Positions 1 through 14,005 are shown, counted from the first letter of the stretch. The stretch is DNA of 64,000 nt from Octopus vulgaris (GCA_951406725.2 OX597817.1:90706001-90770000), one strand, 5' to 3'. Made by a program: numbers and translations. Notes: a model not told the origin generated them from the sequence alone.

Positions 1-94
1 CAGCTAGGTTTCTCTCTCTGATGTTTTACATAGTTCAGTGTACACAAGAGAAGGTGTGATGAAATAAGAATTTTGAAAGAAGTATCAATAAAAC

Positions 95-186
95 TAGTTT
101 CTAAACATTGAATGGCTATGGGGGTCCACAAGAATAAAACAGAAATCAAAGGGGTCTATAGATAAAAAATTGTTGAGAACCACTGA
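95..186. mobile_element. hAT (Charlie-like) MITE terminal fragment
   Basis: Ends in GTTGAGAACCACTG, the reverse complement of the CAGTGGTTCTCAAC TIR typical of hAT-Charlie MITEs; the other end is not found. Confidence 0.4.
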
Positions 187-259
187 TATATTATGAAATA
201 ACTTCTTAGCTAAGCCCTGTCCCTCTTGTGGTTTTTCTTGTTTTTGTTCATAACAGTCA

Positions 260-520
260 TGGGTTTTTTTCTCTTTCCCATACTTCACTGTCTTGCAACT
301 TGCCTGGCAAACCTCACTGGTGCTGGTGGTACAAAAACAAAAAAAAAACAAAAAACATCCAGTACACTCTGTAGAGTGGTTGGTGTTAGTAAGTCATTCA
401 GCCATAGAAAACATGGTAAAACTGACACTGGAGCTTACTGGATCTGATCAAATCATACAACTAATGCCAGCAAGGAAAACAAATATCAAATGATGATCAT
501 GATGATGATGATCATGATGA
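260..520 (+). mobile_element. SINE/LINE-tail family C (RTE-related 3' end with (GAT)n tail), degraded
   Basis: Matches other in-window copies (gagtggttggtgttag...atgccagca..gaaa...aaatgatgat), e.g. 15413-15627 and 63733-64000. Confidence 0.65.
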
Positions 521-1534
521 TAATAGTATACACACATATATATGTGTGTGTATGGATGAATAGATGGATAGATAGACAGAGATAGATAGATAGATAGATA
601 GTTATAAAATTCAGGTAATATTGTTTGATGATGTAAAATAATAGGTACATAAGTGCTCAGATTGATTTACAGCCTAATCTCTAACTTGAAATACAACTAA
701 AAAAACCAGGAATGTCTTAGCAGCCTAATGGAGATAAGATTAGCTAAAGGCAGTGTTTCAACCAAGCTGGTATATGTGTAATAGAATAAAGGTACAAGCA
801 TGAAAACAACTGGTATCTAGTCTGATTTTCGTTTACATATTTAAACATTGATATAACATTAGGGGAGAATTAGATGTTACAGGAGTTTAGATTACAAGAG
901 CTCAATACAAGATCAGTTGAGGAGTGTTCATAATGGTTATGATACATGCTGGTATTCTCTCAGAAAAGAGTTATACAGTAACTTCAAATTATTGACATTA
1001 GGTACTAGGTAAAGCTGACTGTTGTAAGTAAAATCCAAAGCTGGATGCAAAGAAGAAAAGTGTGAAAATAGTCCCTTACAGCTGTTCCAAGAATAGATTC
1101 ACATTTGATGCATTTCTCTGAAAGTAGTTGACAGCCAACATTTTAATGGAAATTTCTTCAATCACTAGAGGAAGAGTGTAGGAAGTGTACTAAATGCCCC
1201 ATCTGTGCTCCATTTCTTGAAACAACTTTGAGAGACCACCAGCACACATTCTTCCTTCTTCTCATCTAGCTTTGAATCCTACCTACAATGACCAGATTTA
1301 TCTACTCTCTGATATTTACCAGCATATATCATGACCATTATAAATATTCCTCAACTGATCTTTTATTGCCCTCTTTGGATCTAATCTCCCATGACACACA
1401 CACACACACACATATATATATATGTGTGTGTGTGTGCATGTGCAAGTGCATTCACATATATATGTGTCTGTATGTATATATTACATCAATATAGAACCAA
1501 AAAGACTCTTTTTTTGATTTTACATGAGGATAAA

Positions 1535-1730
1535 CCCAATGAAGGGGCTTCTACATAGTCACACGACCTGCTAAAAACAGCTGCCAAATTTACCTCATAT
1601 TAAACATTATTAGACTACATTAGACTACATAGTTTTAGATTACATTATCTGAATGAAAGTTGAGATGGTCATCGTTGGAATGTCTTTGATTATAGGTCTG
1701 TTCTCTGTAGTTTGACTTTAAAATGACAAC
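1535..1730 (+). mobile_element. Short interspersed repeat family D (CAA-tailed)
   Basis: gacctgctaaaaacagctgccaaa...gatggtcatcgttggaatgtctttgattataggtctg...acaac; related copies near 2250-2425, 2830-2910, 5530-5715, 22920-23080(-), 35830-36150(-), 44320-44740. Confidence 0.6.
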
Positions 1731-1904
1731 ATTGTTAGAACTAAATATAAGCCTCTGTTATTGTGGTATGTCTGCACTGCAAAAGTTTTAAACAGTTCTT
1801 AAGCAAATTAGAAGTAAAACAAGGGGAGACAGATGTACATAAGTCAGCAATGGGCCATGAAAAAGATTTTATGTTGTCATTTAACCTGCTAGGAATCTTC
1901 ACTA

Positions 1905-2150
1905 TCATCATTTTTTAACATACATTTTCCATGCTGGCATGGGTTGGATGGTTTAACCAGAGCTGGCAAGCTTAAGAGCTGTACCAGGTTCCAGTCTGAT
2001 TTAGCTTAGTTTCTATGGCTTGATAGCCTTCCTAATGCCAATCTCTTTACAGTGTGTGTACTGGGTTCTTTAATGTGACACCAGCTTGAGCACTTCTATG
2101 TGGTCCCTACATGAGTGCTTTTTATGTGGCACCAGCACAGGACTCCTGCA
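1905..2150 (-). mobile_element. SINE/LINE-tail family C copy
   Basis: (CAT)n followed by ttttccatgctggcatgggttggatgg, the reverse complement of the family C tail. Confidence 0.75.
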
Positions 2151-3304
2151 GGCCAATCCGCTTCATCAAGGGTGCTGTGGAGGATAAGGTGCCAGATATC
2201 ATGGTCCTTAGCCTCTCATCTGAAAGATTCAGCATTCTGAGGTTGTAGTCAGTGAAATTTCCCTAAGATCATAATATACTGAATCAGAAAAGAAGGACAC
2301 GTTGAATAATGTAGTCCTTGAAAAACTGTGCCTAGAAAAAGGATGGAATGGTCATTGCTGAAATGCTTTGGCCATATGCTAATTTGACCAGTGCTAGTCT
2401 GGGGTAAAAACACAACAACAACAACATGATCAGTGTAATGAATGAATCTCTATATAGCTATTTATCCTGTTAAAAATAGTAGCTAAAACTTCTTCAAATC
2501 ATACAGTCTTATAAAAAGAGAACATATCTTTCTGAAAATGTAATCCTTGTTTTATATCCTTCTTATATTTTGGATATAAATATTTCATGAAGCAGGGATA
2601 GGCACAACTCCCTTCACACCACATACTTCTAATCACTCCACTAAGCACAGTACTCCAATAAATTCAACCTCTCAATGATCTCAACGACTTTCTATAACTT
2701 CCATGAACTCTCCTATGACTCTCCTTTCTCAACCAATATGCTACTTTTATAAGAGCTTGGCTAGTACATTCTTCCAATCCCATAGGGATGTCAATGACTC
2801 TCGCCACAACACCTTGACATATAATAATACACAACATGGTCATGGCCAAAATGCCTTTGATCTTAGATCTTCTAGATCAGAACTGACCTTCAACTAAACA
2901 ACAACAACAAATGAGAGTAAAACTAATTCTTTTAATCACTGATTTCATTCATTTAGACTGGGGCCATACTGGGGCACTGCTTCCAGACATTTTTCTATCC
3001 AAAGGTTTTTGACCCAATACTACTTACTACTTACCTAGAGTTTCACCATCAGAAAATACTATTATTTCATGTCTCAAAGTTTCTAAATTTTTACGCTGCA
3101 TATATACAAAAGTGGGTCTGTAAATCCAAAACAATTACAAAGAATACAGAGACTGGTACAACTTCAAATTTTTCTTTTAGATTAACAGCTAATTATACAA
3201 TATAATTTGTTAGTACTTCATACTGCTTGATGTGGTTAACTGGAACCTGGACAATACCTGAGAGTTCTTATTGTACTCACCTGGATGATTTATCCCTATT
3301 GTGG

Positions 3305-3309
<5 letters not shown>

Positions 3310-3392
<83 letters not shown>
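3310..3392. repeat. (TA)n microsatellite
   Basis: Pure TA run of about 40 units; similar runs at ~12009-12089, 37456-37514, 39689-39780 and 41098-41185. Confidence 0.95.
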
Positions 3393-3394
<2 letters not shown>

Positions 3395-3448
3395 CGTCAA
3401 TGAGTCATACCTGGAAAGAAGCACAGTCTAAGGCATAGAGCAGTAATG

Positions 3449-3648
3449 TATTAGAAGTAATTAAGGTTATGTCTAGTCATAGAATGACCAATGGTTTCAC
3501 ATCCACAATGGCCTTAACCTCATGGATGTCTCATCAAACTCAAAAGCCAGTTTTAGAGTCTGACAAGACATTCACGAGGTAAAGGCCTTTGTGGGTGCAA
3601 AACCATGGGTCACTCTATGACTGGCTATAAACTTAATTACTTTTAATA
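3449..3648. mobile_element. 200-bp near-spacerless palindromic element (MITE or non-autonomous Crypton-like)
   Basis: tattagaagtaattaag (3449) pairs with cttaattacttttaata (ending 3648); the arms are colinear to a centre near 3548. Confidence 0.7.
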
Positions 3649-3767
3649 TATATATGTATACATATATGTGTGTGAGTGTGTGTGTATAGATAGATAGATA
3701 AATAGATAGATTTTTATGATATATAAACATAAATACAAATATACATATATAAATACATACATACATT

Positions 3768-3910
3768 CATCCATCCATCCATCTTCCATCCATGCACCCA
3801 TCCACCCATCTGTCCATCCATCCATCCATCCATCCATCTAACCACCTACTCACCAGTCCATCCATCCATCCATCTATTTCCATCCATCCATTCATCCATC
3901 CATCCATCTA
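3768..3910. repeat. Imperfect (CCAT)n tetranucleotide repeat
   Basis: Direct reading of the sequence. Confidence 0.9.
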
Positions 3911-4189
3911 TACGACAAACTTCTGTACTGTTTCTGCATAATAAAATACAGTCCCAAGGGTATAATCAAAGCTACAGTAGAGGACAGTTAAAGTGCCAAG
4001 CTGTGAGATCAAACTCATAAACACATCGTTATGAATTGAATTTCTTAACGACACAGCCATTTCCTTGGAGAGTGAAAAACATCTCAATGCAAGTTCACTA
4101 TTACTGCACCTTTAACAGAATCTTCTTCTTTTTGTAATTATGCACATCTGCACATCAATGATTTTATCATCTTAAATGGTGCATTAGTC

Positions 4190-4660
4190 TCTAAAACAGC
4201 AACATTTTGGACAACTCTAGAGATAATGTAGATGGGAGATGAAAAGAACAGCTGATCATTGACAGTGGTGGTAAATACAATCGGTTGAACACAATAACCT
4301 TACACAACAATCGAAATGTTAGCTGAAGATAAATAGATTGTGTTTGTGTGTTGCACAGAGATATAAGAGGGAAGATACATGAGAAGATAAACAATAAGAA
4401 GGTTATGTGTTTCATTGAGTTGGTTTAGTTCATTGAGTACAGAACATCTGAATAGCCAGTTAGAGGGTGGGAGGTCAGGCCTAGCATCAAAGTTGATAAT
4501 GTATTTGTAAAAAAAGTTTGAATATTGAAAACATCCTAAGGGATTTATAAGAACTTGTTGAGTCAATGAAGGAACATCAGTTCCAAAACTTTTACCATTG
4601 TGACCTATTTTCACAAATCAATAGTCATCTATGACAGTCTTCCCTACCAACTTTTAATAT
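4190..4660 (-). pseudogene. Possible highly degraded LINE (CR1/jockey-like) reverse transcriptase remnant
   Basis: Minus-strand peptide PPSNWLFRCSV...LLIVYLLMYLPSYI...YLSSANISI loosely follows the S.W...GVPQG...PLLF.IY..DLP...LFADD spacing; the core motifs themselves are lost. Confidence 0.25.
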
Positions 4661-4792
4661 ATTCCAATGGAGGTACACTTAACATTTGATACTTTTCTTA
4701 ATGCAAACAACAACAAAATTTTGATGTTTGCAGTAGATTTTGTTGTTGTGGTCATTATGCATGCCTGTTTACTAGTTATTGTATGTTATGTT

Positions 4793-4997
4793 GGTTTCAA
4801 ATTTTGGCACAAGGCCAGCAAGTTCTGGGGAGGGGATTACATCAATCCCAGTGTTCAACTGGTACTTATTTCATTGACCCTGAAAGGATGAAAGGCAAAG
4901 TTGACACCAGTGCATCTGAACTCAGAACGTAAAGTCCAAAGAAATATCACTGGGCATTTTGCCCAGCTTGGTAATGATTCTGCCAGCTTGCCACCTT
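4793..4997 (-). mobile_element. tRNA-derived SINE family B (CCTTTCATCCTTTCGGGGTCGAT-type central domain)
   Basis: ttcaaattttggcacaaggccagc...ccccagtgttcaactggtacttattt...gaaaggatgaaaggcaaag...ctgccagcttgccacc; more than 10 copies in the window. Confidence 0.85.
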
Positions 4998-5035
4998 GTT
5001 TTGTATATCATATTGAAGGATATTTTTTTTAATTG

Positions 5036-5450
5036 TTTTACTTGTTTCAGTCGTTTAACTGTGGCCATGCTGGAGCACCACCTTGAAGGATTTTAGTCCA
5101 ACAAATCAACCTCAAGATTTACTTTTTTAAAGCCTACTACTTGTTCTATTGGACCCTTTTGCCAAACTGCTAAGTTATGGAGATATAAACAAACCAACAC
5201 CAGTTGTTAAGTGGTGATGGGGGGACAAATGCAGACACACTCACACACATAAATGTATGTAAATGTATATATATATATATATACACAACAAGCTTCTTTC
5301 AGTGTTCATCAACCAAATCCACTCACAAGGCTTTGGTCAGCCTGAGGCTATAGAAGAAGACACTTGCCTAAGGTGCCATGCAGTGAGACTGAACTCAAAA
5401 CCATGTGGTTGGGACGCAAGCTGCTTACTACACAGCCACACTTGCACCTA
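5036..5450 (-). mobile_element. tRNA-derived SINE family A with internal (TA/CA)n
   Basis: Reverse complement of tggctgtgtggtaagaagcttgcttcccaaccacatggtt..gggttcagtccc (A/B-box-like head), body aaagccttgtgagtggatttggtag, tail gactgaaacaagtaaaa. Confidence 0.85.
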
Positions 5451-6414
5451 TATTTTACATTTTTTAATGATTATTTCAAGAAAAGAATATTTCCTCAACA
5501 TTTGGGTCCATGATCAAAAAGAGAACAACCACTGATTTGTGCATGACATTTTAGAAACAGCAACCAAATTCTCTGATATGACACCTTGCTACCTAAATCA
5601 ATAGAAGACACAAACATTATGATCTTAGATACCAAGTCAAGATGGACGATCATGACTGCAACTTTGATCTTTTGTCTCCTTTAAACAAAGTTGATCAGGG
5701 GTTAAACAACAACATCAGAGAATTAGCTCCTGTTTCATGGTGTAGATACAAATCAAAGTTTCTCCTGGATAGGAAATCAACCCAATAAAGATCAAAGACA
5801 TAAAGCATGTTTTGGAAATAGCTTTTTGTCTGTCTGACTGTCTGTCTTTTGTCTGACTGTCTGTCTTTTGTCTGTCTGCCTATCTATCTATCTGTCCATG
5901 TTCCTAGATATGCATACATATGTATATGTGCATGTGCACATGCATAGACATATATCTGTGTAAATAAAGAATAGCATTTCTTTTATAACCATATTTTACA
6001 TAGTAGGCTGGCTGGCCGAGAATCTATTACAGTTGTCAAGAGTTAAATAATAACAAATGTTTACTGGTGAAAGGACTGAAAACAGATACATTTCTGCAGA
6101 TTTCAGTGATGCAACCATGGAACATGGAACTAAAACTGTGAGGATAGGCGCTAAGTATTAAACTTTTGATTGCTCCATGCTGATAAAGACCCCCACATAC
6201 CCTGCTCTCTATGATGTGTTACATGAGATGAAGGTTGTTGTGGATAAATCTGTTTGAGATGGTGCATGCCTGTCCATCACCAACAAGCATCAACCTCATT
6301 GTTAACACTTATGAGGAAATATTGAAATGTGTTTAGCCGAGTCATGGGTCCAAAATTATCAATGTCATTCTCCCAAACAAAATGTCAATAATTTTGTGGA
6401 GGGAGGGTTTTCAG

Positions 6415-8412
6415 TTGAAGATACTCACTGGAATATGTGCAGCAAAGACATGCACTTTCCTGGCACAGGAAGATATACTACCAAGGGAACAAAAAGGATG
6501 TAGGAAGAGTTCTCAGGGTACCAAGGATCACTTGGTCATCGATAAAACAGTTTTGAGGAATTGAAAAAAACATCATACAAACATGTCTATGGCTTGGATT
6601 GACTTTAAGAAGGCATTTGATATGATGCCTCATTCTTGGATCGTTGAATGCCTGCAGATATTTTCGGTGTTGCTGACAACATCACAAATTTTCTGAAAGA
6701 GTGGAAAACCAAATTGTACTCAAGTAATGTATTCCTTGGAGAAGTTAATATTAAAAGGGTCATCTTCCAAGGTGACTCATTTTCTTCATTACATTTTGTA
6801 ATTGCATTAGTACCCATAACAATGACACTTAGGAAAGTTAAGATGGGTTACCAATACGGGAAGAAAGGCCCAACTTTGAACCATCTTCTGTTTATGGATG
6901 ACCTTAAATTGTTTGAGAAATCTGAAAAACAGATAGATTCCTTAACCAAAACAGTCTAGAAGTGTGGTAGGGACATCGGTATGGAATTTGGAATTACCAA
7001 ATGCTCAGTACTTAATATGAAAAGAGGGAAGAAAGCAGCCTGCAAAAGATTGCAGTTACCATAGGTGAGCCCGACAGTAGTGGGTATAGATATTTAGGGA
7101 TTTTGGAGCTGGATGACATTCTACACAGAAATGAAAGACAAGGTCTGCGAGGCATATCAAAAAAGAATGAAAGTGGTGTTGAAATCCAACCTGAATGTCA
7201 AAAATTTGAATACCACAATGAATATCTTGGCAGTTGTGGTGATCAGATATAGTGCATCCATCCTCAAATGGACTAAGGAGGAAATATCAACACTGGATAG
7301 AAGGACAAGAAAGTTGACGATGCTGCATGGGGCGCTACACCCTAAAGCAAATGAAAACAGACTGTATATGAAAAGAAAGAACGGTGGCAAAGGATTAATT
7401 AGTATAGACCATTGTATAAGGAGTGAAAAGAGAATGCTTGCCGAATATTTGATAAATAGTGATGAAGACATGCTGCAATATGCTGCGAAAGATATAGGTG
7501 TAAATGTAGATGAAATGATGGTCAAGGAAGGGTCTAACCAAAGAGCTGAGGAGAAGAAAAACGAAGACCTTCTTGAAATGAGAATGCATGGACAGATTGA
7601 AAGGAGTACACAATATTTTAAGGATAATACAACATCGTGGGCATGGCCTGAGTGAAGTGATTTGAACTATACCACCAAAAGCCTGGTCATTGCTGCACAA
7701 ATCCAGACTCTCGCTACCAATTCGGAGAAGTATAACATCTATAAAACTTCTGACACCCAGAAATGCAGACTCTGTGGAGAGAGTGTGGAAAATGTGACCC
7801 ACTTGGTAAGTGGATGTGAAAGCCTTGCACAAAAAGAATACAAGCGCCGCCACAATAAAATGTTTGTGTATCTTCATTGGCTCTTATGCTGTAAATGCTA
7901 ATATGAAGTAACAGAGAACTGGTACGAACATGTACCAAGTAAAGTTATGCAGGATGATGGAAAAATAATGATATTCTAGGCCTATGATTTTCATACGGAT
8001 CGTGTAATCGAACACCGTCAGCCTGATAGTGTCATATTGAATAAGAGAGACAAATAGTCAGATCATTGATGTAGCAATACCAAATGACATGAAAGTTGTG
8101 AGTGAAGAGGTTGAAAAATTCACCAAGTACTCTGAATTGTAAGTGGAAATGGCAAGACAGTATAGAATGCAAGAGGGTAATGTAAAAGTGATACCAGTGG
8201 TGATCAGAGTGTTGGGCTCAATCCCATTGAAACTTCCAAACTTAAAGGCAACTGGAATCCCATACAAGATTGATATCTTGCAAAAAGTAGTCTTATTGGG
8301 AACAGAGCACATCTTAAAGAGAGTATTATCAGTCTGAGGTCCTTGTTGTGACTTGACAGATGACTAAAGACACAGGTGCATTTTTACCTACACTGTGTAA
8401 TGTAGGAATAAC

Positions 8413-8448
<36 letters not shown>

Positions 8449-8462
8449 TATAATTATAATAA
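6415..8462 (+). mobile_element. 5'-truncated R4/Dong-clade non-LTR retrotransposon (RT + CCHC + restriction-like endonuclease), pseudogenised
   Basis: Motifs EQKGCRK..GTKDHLVID, MAWIDFKKAFD, IFQGDS, HLLFMDDLKL, LHPKANENRLYMKRKNGGKGL, CRLCGESVENVTHLVSGC, YKRRHN, QPDSVI..IIDVAIP, LQKVVLLGT; several stops and frameshifts; (AAT)n tail at ~8411-8462. Confidence 0.92.
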
Positions 8463-8463
8463 T

Positions 8464-8678
8464 GATTTCAAATTTTGGCATAAGGCCAGCAATTTCAGGG
8501 AAGGGAACAAGTTGATTACATTGACCCCAGTGTTCAACTGGTACTTATTTTATTGATCCCAAAACAATGAAAGGCAAAATCGATTTTCCCTGAATTGCAA
8601 CTCAGAATGTAAAGATGAACAAAATGCCACTATGAATTTTGTCTGGTGAGCTAAGAATTCTGCAAGCTTGCTACCTTA
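8464..8678 (-). mobile_element. SINE family B copy
   Basis: Same conserved motifs as 4793-4997; abuts the (AAT)n tail of the LINE. Confidence 0.8.
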
Positions 8679-9228
8679 ATAATGATAATGATAATAATGA
8701 ATGAATAAATAGCTAGATAAAAAATGAATGTAAAAAAAGAAAATGTATATTTGAATAGGACACAAGAATAAGAAAAAATATCTTGTATGGAATAAAAATC
8801 TACCGGAAACAAATCTGGTAATTTCATTATTTTAACTAAATTTTAAATTTCATTCTGACAGTTTATTTAATATAACAGAAATATTTATTTAAAGATAACA
8901 GCCAAAAAGACAAGAGAAGAAAAGTCATGTGATACTTTCTTTTTTCCTTCTCCCTCTCTTCATCTTTGCTTTTCCATTCACAACTCTCACTCCCTCTCTT
9001 GCTTTTACACAGAAGAAGGAGAAAGTAATATTTATTATTTCATTAAAGTTACAGTTGTTTGCCTTAAGTAATCAATGTTTTCTGCTTGTTACTGCTTTAA
9101 TTGTTCACATTTTGCCGTCTTTTGCACTCTCATTATAAATCAAATATATACTCTCAGCCCACCTCTTTCTCTGTATTTAAGTACATACATATGTACAACA
9201 CACACAGATACACAGATGTTTGTGCGCA

Positions 9229-9284
<56 letters not shown>

Positions 9285-10344
9285 TGTGTATTTCTGTGTG
9301 TGTGATATCTTTCATTTTATCATCTCTCTTTCACTTTCTCTCACCCTCTCAGCATGTATGTGTGTGTGAGTGCATGCACATGCATATAAGTACACAACAC
9401 CCTGCACTTAAACAGTCACTTTCAAGAAAAGCAATTGTAATAACATGAAACATTAGAGAAAATAGTGAAGTTGAAACACAATATAATTGGTAATAATAGA
9501 TATTTTGGCTTTTATTTTCTTTTAGTTGTTGTTGTTTTTGCTGTTGTTGTAATTTTTCTAATTATTTCATTTATATTTGTTGCTCTTTGCATCTGAACTA
9601 CGTTTGTTACTGTAGGCATAAAGTGTTTTGGTGCCTATGGGGCAGAAAAAGAAACTAATTCTATATTCAAAAAGCCTTGTTTTATATAGATGTCAGATAA
9701 AATGAAAATTAAAATAAAAAAAGCTGTACCCTTTTTATTATGAATTTAAAAAAAATTATTTATATATCTATTCATTCATTCTTTGTATTTTATTCCTTTT
9801 TTTTATAACTGATGAGAAAGAGGTTATGGAAGGACTAATATCTTATTCAATTGAGGTTAGCTTTGCCTATTAAACTGCAGATTAAAAGAGCAGAATAAAT
9901 AATAATTTTGGCATTAGAATATTTAGTAAGCAAGGTATAATCTATGTCTGTAAAAATATCATGGAATATGGTATATAAACTGTGGAGTGTGTCTCTACAG
10001 GAACCATACAGTGTGTGTGTATAAGACAATTACAATGTACATGGAGATTAGTACATAAGCATAGTTTTTATTTCTATAGTCAATTATAGAACATATTTGA
10101 TTTAAATGTGTCCTATGCATGCTTTCACTGATCAAACACCTTGAAATCACATTTGTATCCAATTACTTGGACCTTGAATAAAGTTGCATAGACTTATAAC
10201 CAGTCAAAAGTAACTGGATACAAATGCAATTGTGAGATGTTTATACAGCAGAAACGTGCAGTGGATGTATTTAAATCAAATATGTTGTATAATCGACTGT
10301 AAAAATAACCTCATGCATGTGTTTTTTTATGTATATACATATAC

Positions 10345-10400
<56 letters not shown>

Positions 10401-12000
10401 ATGTATGTATGTGTATATAAATGTGTGTGTGTGTATGTATGTATGTACATATATATATATATATATCATTTGAATATCGATGTGTGTGTGTATAAATATA
10501 AAATTTTTTAAATGACAAGAGAAGAGGAATTACATAGTCCACCTCATTAGCATACAGTTGGTTCCACTATAAGTGGCAGTGCAATCAGAACTGAATGATT
10601 CCACACAGTGGAAGCTGTATGCAAAGACTAAATAGTGTGTGTGTGTGTGCATGTGTACAAATACACACATACATACACACACACACACAAACACAGTAAC
10701 ATGTCTTTGTGGAGAAAACATGGTATAGAAAGCTGCAAATGTAGCATCACAGGGCTCTGGCAAACTGACTGAATGACCAAATGATTGGTTAAACAATTGA
10801 TTAGCTAATGAGTTAATATTTCTGCTAGTTGACTAATAAAAACAAGTGAAGTACAACCAGTGCATGTGATTTTTTGGATAAAATGGGTTTCCCAATGTAC
10901 AACATCTCTTTAAAAAGTAATTTCACATCAAGTATCTTGCAAAAAAAAAAAAAAGGAAGAAAAATGAAACAAATATAATACATGCATACACACACACACA
11001 ACAAAGTCTTTCTCCACAAAATCTCCATGGTATATATATATACAGTAAAATAACACTATGCAGAGAATACATGATACATACACATGTATGACAACAACAA
11101 CAAAAATAATGATAATAATGATGATGGTGATGATGATGATGACAACAACAAAATGGTGATGATCAAGAAGATGTTGATGGTGATAGGGGTGTTGATAGTG
11201 GTATGATACCAATGATTTCCTTTCTATTTATATCAGCTTTAGAATGTTTAGAAGCATTATATATATATATATATATATATAATGAGTGTGTGTGTGTGCA
11301 TGTATTTATACATACATACACACATACGTGCACGCACACGCACATATGAATTTATTCTGTCTAAAAACCTTCCATTCACTTAACAACCACTTTATGATAT
11401 CGAAGCTGTATAGTTTATTACTAAGATGACTTGTATATTCATATAAATATTATAGTTAACTATAATCTTATTTCTCGCATCATTCACTTTTTAATATTAG
11501 TCTAAGTACTATGACAACTCTTCTCTAATTTTCTCCCTCATTTTGGTCCATTGCATCTTAGTGCTTTTATCTATACATAAATATTTGCATGGTTGGATCT
11601 GTTCTAATTCCTTGATTTCACTGTGTAAATCTAATGTAATATTTTGAGTTTCATTAAATCGCTTTCTGCCATGCCATCATTTATATACTACCTCAGTATA
11701 AGGGGCTGCTTTGTAATTATACAGTGTCTTTAATATGCAGAAGTGTTGGATGCTGCCAAATACATATACAACAATTCCCATGTTAAGATATTTCTTTTTT
11801 CTTCATGAACCCTTCAATAACAGCTCAGTACACCAATGGTTGTTCTTTACAACCATGCATCTCTTTCCTGAATGCCTCCATTCCTCTGATCCTTAGACAG
11901 GATGTTATTACTTAACAGTTGAGGAACCAACTTATAGATGTCACTGTATGTGTATACACACATACACACACACACACACACGCATAAATGTAAGTAGGTA

Positions 12001-12092
<92 letters not shown>

Positions 12093-12264
12093 ATATACAC
12101 ACACATATACACATGCATATATGGGTACAGGATGCCGCCAAACAGTAAACAACATGAAATAAAAAAGCAAATGAGTTCAATATGCAAACCAGAGAAACAA
12201 ATGGAAAACAGGACAAGTAACATAAAGAACGACCCTTCGTCAGTTGTCAGCTGTCTATCTAGTC

Positions 12265-12308
<44 letters not shown>

Positions 12309-12440
12309 TATTTATATTATTATTTGATTGAACACCATGCATCTATTTCCAAGTAGGTTTATATATATATATATATACATACATGTATACATACATACAT
12401 ACATACATACATACATACATGTTTGTATGTATGTATATAC

Positions 12441-12484
<44 letters not shown>

Positions 12485-12846
12485 ATGTGTGTGTGCATGC
12501 GTGTGTGCATGCACGTGTGTGTCTGATTTATATATATTTCTTGTAAACAGGTTAGTGGCTTTGCAGTTTTTGGAAATCCCTGGAAATTTTCTATTAAAAA
12601 ATTAAAGTGTTGATCCTGATCCCTGTGATATTCTATTGAATCACCTTTGCTATTGGTACATGTTAACCAGGAACTGGTGTCTGTACTAACTCTTCAGTAT
12701 TCTTGTTGCTAGTGATTGCAAAAGCACTCATAGTAGATTATCTGCTAATTTTACAAGGATATATTTATGATATCATTTTCCTTTTCTTTTTTCTCTTTCA
12801 TTCTTATCCACTGTCATACAACTGCTGCTGCTGCTGCCACCATTGC

Positions 12847-13440
12847 CATCACCATCATCATCATTTAATGTCTGTTCTCCATGCTGGCATAGGTTGGACA
12901 GCTTGACAGGTGTCAGACAGTTGAAGAGCTGCCTGGGCACCATTTGTTAGTTTTGGCATGGTTTCTATGGTTGGATGTCCTTAATGCCAACCACTTAACA
13001 GAGTGTACTGGGTACTTTTAATGTGACACTATAATTTTATGTAGCACCAACATAGGCACTTTTAAGTGGAATTAGCAAGAGCACTTATATGTAAGCACTG
13101 GCACAGGTGCTTTCATATGGCACTGGCTTAGGCATGTTTACATGACACCAGTATGTGTGTTCTTCAGTGGCACCAGCACCCATGAACCTGTAAGACTAGG
13201 ACTTCTTGGCTTAGAGGATGCAGAGGACATGCCTGTATGTTTGTACAGATGGCCATGATTTTACTTAGCTTGACAGGTCTTCTCAAGCACAGCAAAGAAC
13301 CAGAAGTCTCAGTCCCTTGTCATTGCCTCTGTGAGGCCTAACATCTTTCTTGTCACTTTGTCCTTCATCTTCCTGGGTCTACTCCTTCCACACATTCCCT
13401 CCACAATTAGAGAACAGTACTTCTTGATGCAGCTGTCCTC
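12847..13440 (-). mobile_element. SINE/LINE-tail family C with internal ~24-bp tandem subrepeats
   Basis: (CAT)n, ccatgctggcataggttggac, then repeated ttt(t)atgtggcaccagca-like units at 13015-13180. Confidence 0.75.
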
Positions 13441-13455
13441 AACAACAATGATAAT

Positions 13456-13660
13456 GGTTTTAAGTTTTGGCACAGAGCCAACAGTTTTTGAGGGGAGGGG
13501 AGGTCAACACCAGTGCTCAACAGATATTTATTTTGTCAATCCCAAAAAGATGAAAGGCAAAGTTGTCCTCACTGGAATTTCAGCTCAGATCAAAAAGACA
13601 AACAAAATACCGTTAGCCATTTTCCCCAGTGTGCTAATGATTCTGTCAGCTTGCTGCATT
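13456..13660 (-). mobile_element. SINE family B copy
   Basis: ttttggcacagagcc...aaagatgaaaggcaaagttg...gattctgtcagcttgc. Confidence 0.7.
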
Positions 13661-13739
13661 AAAATCAACAACAACAACAGCAGCAGCAACAGCAACAACA
13701 ATAACAACAATAATAATTTCTTGTCTGGACAAGAAATTA

Positions 13740-14005
13740 GAAAATGATTGACCAAATATAACAATTGTAGATAACAAAAAGTGAAGTTGCTTACTTATCG
13801 ACCCATCATGCATGTTTGATTTCAGGATCATAAAGAAAGAAAAAGAAAAACAAAAAGAATACAAAACCCTAAAGTTTGAAATAGGAAGAATTTGGCACAT
13901 GTGAACAGTAAAGGTCGTGCCTATTATAATTAGTGTGTTGGGAACAGTAAGCCAACATATAGACAAATGGCTGGAGGATATTGAAATAGAATGCCCGGTA
14001 CTATG
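13740..14005 (+). pseudogene. R4/Dong-type restriction-like endonuclease fragment
   Basis: Translates as IVDNKK*SCLLIDPSC..KEKEKQKEYKTLKFEIGRIWHM*TVKVVPIIISVLGTV, matching the PD-(D/E)xK region of the 6415-8462 element. Confidence 0.75.

Noticed and set aside
10232-12605. Many [12 protein letters not shown] ORFs (also near 37300, 39500 and 41000)
   Set aside because: Translations of dinucleotide microsatellites.
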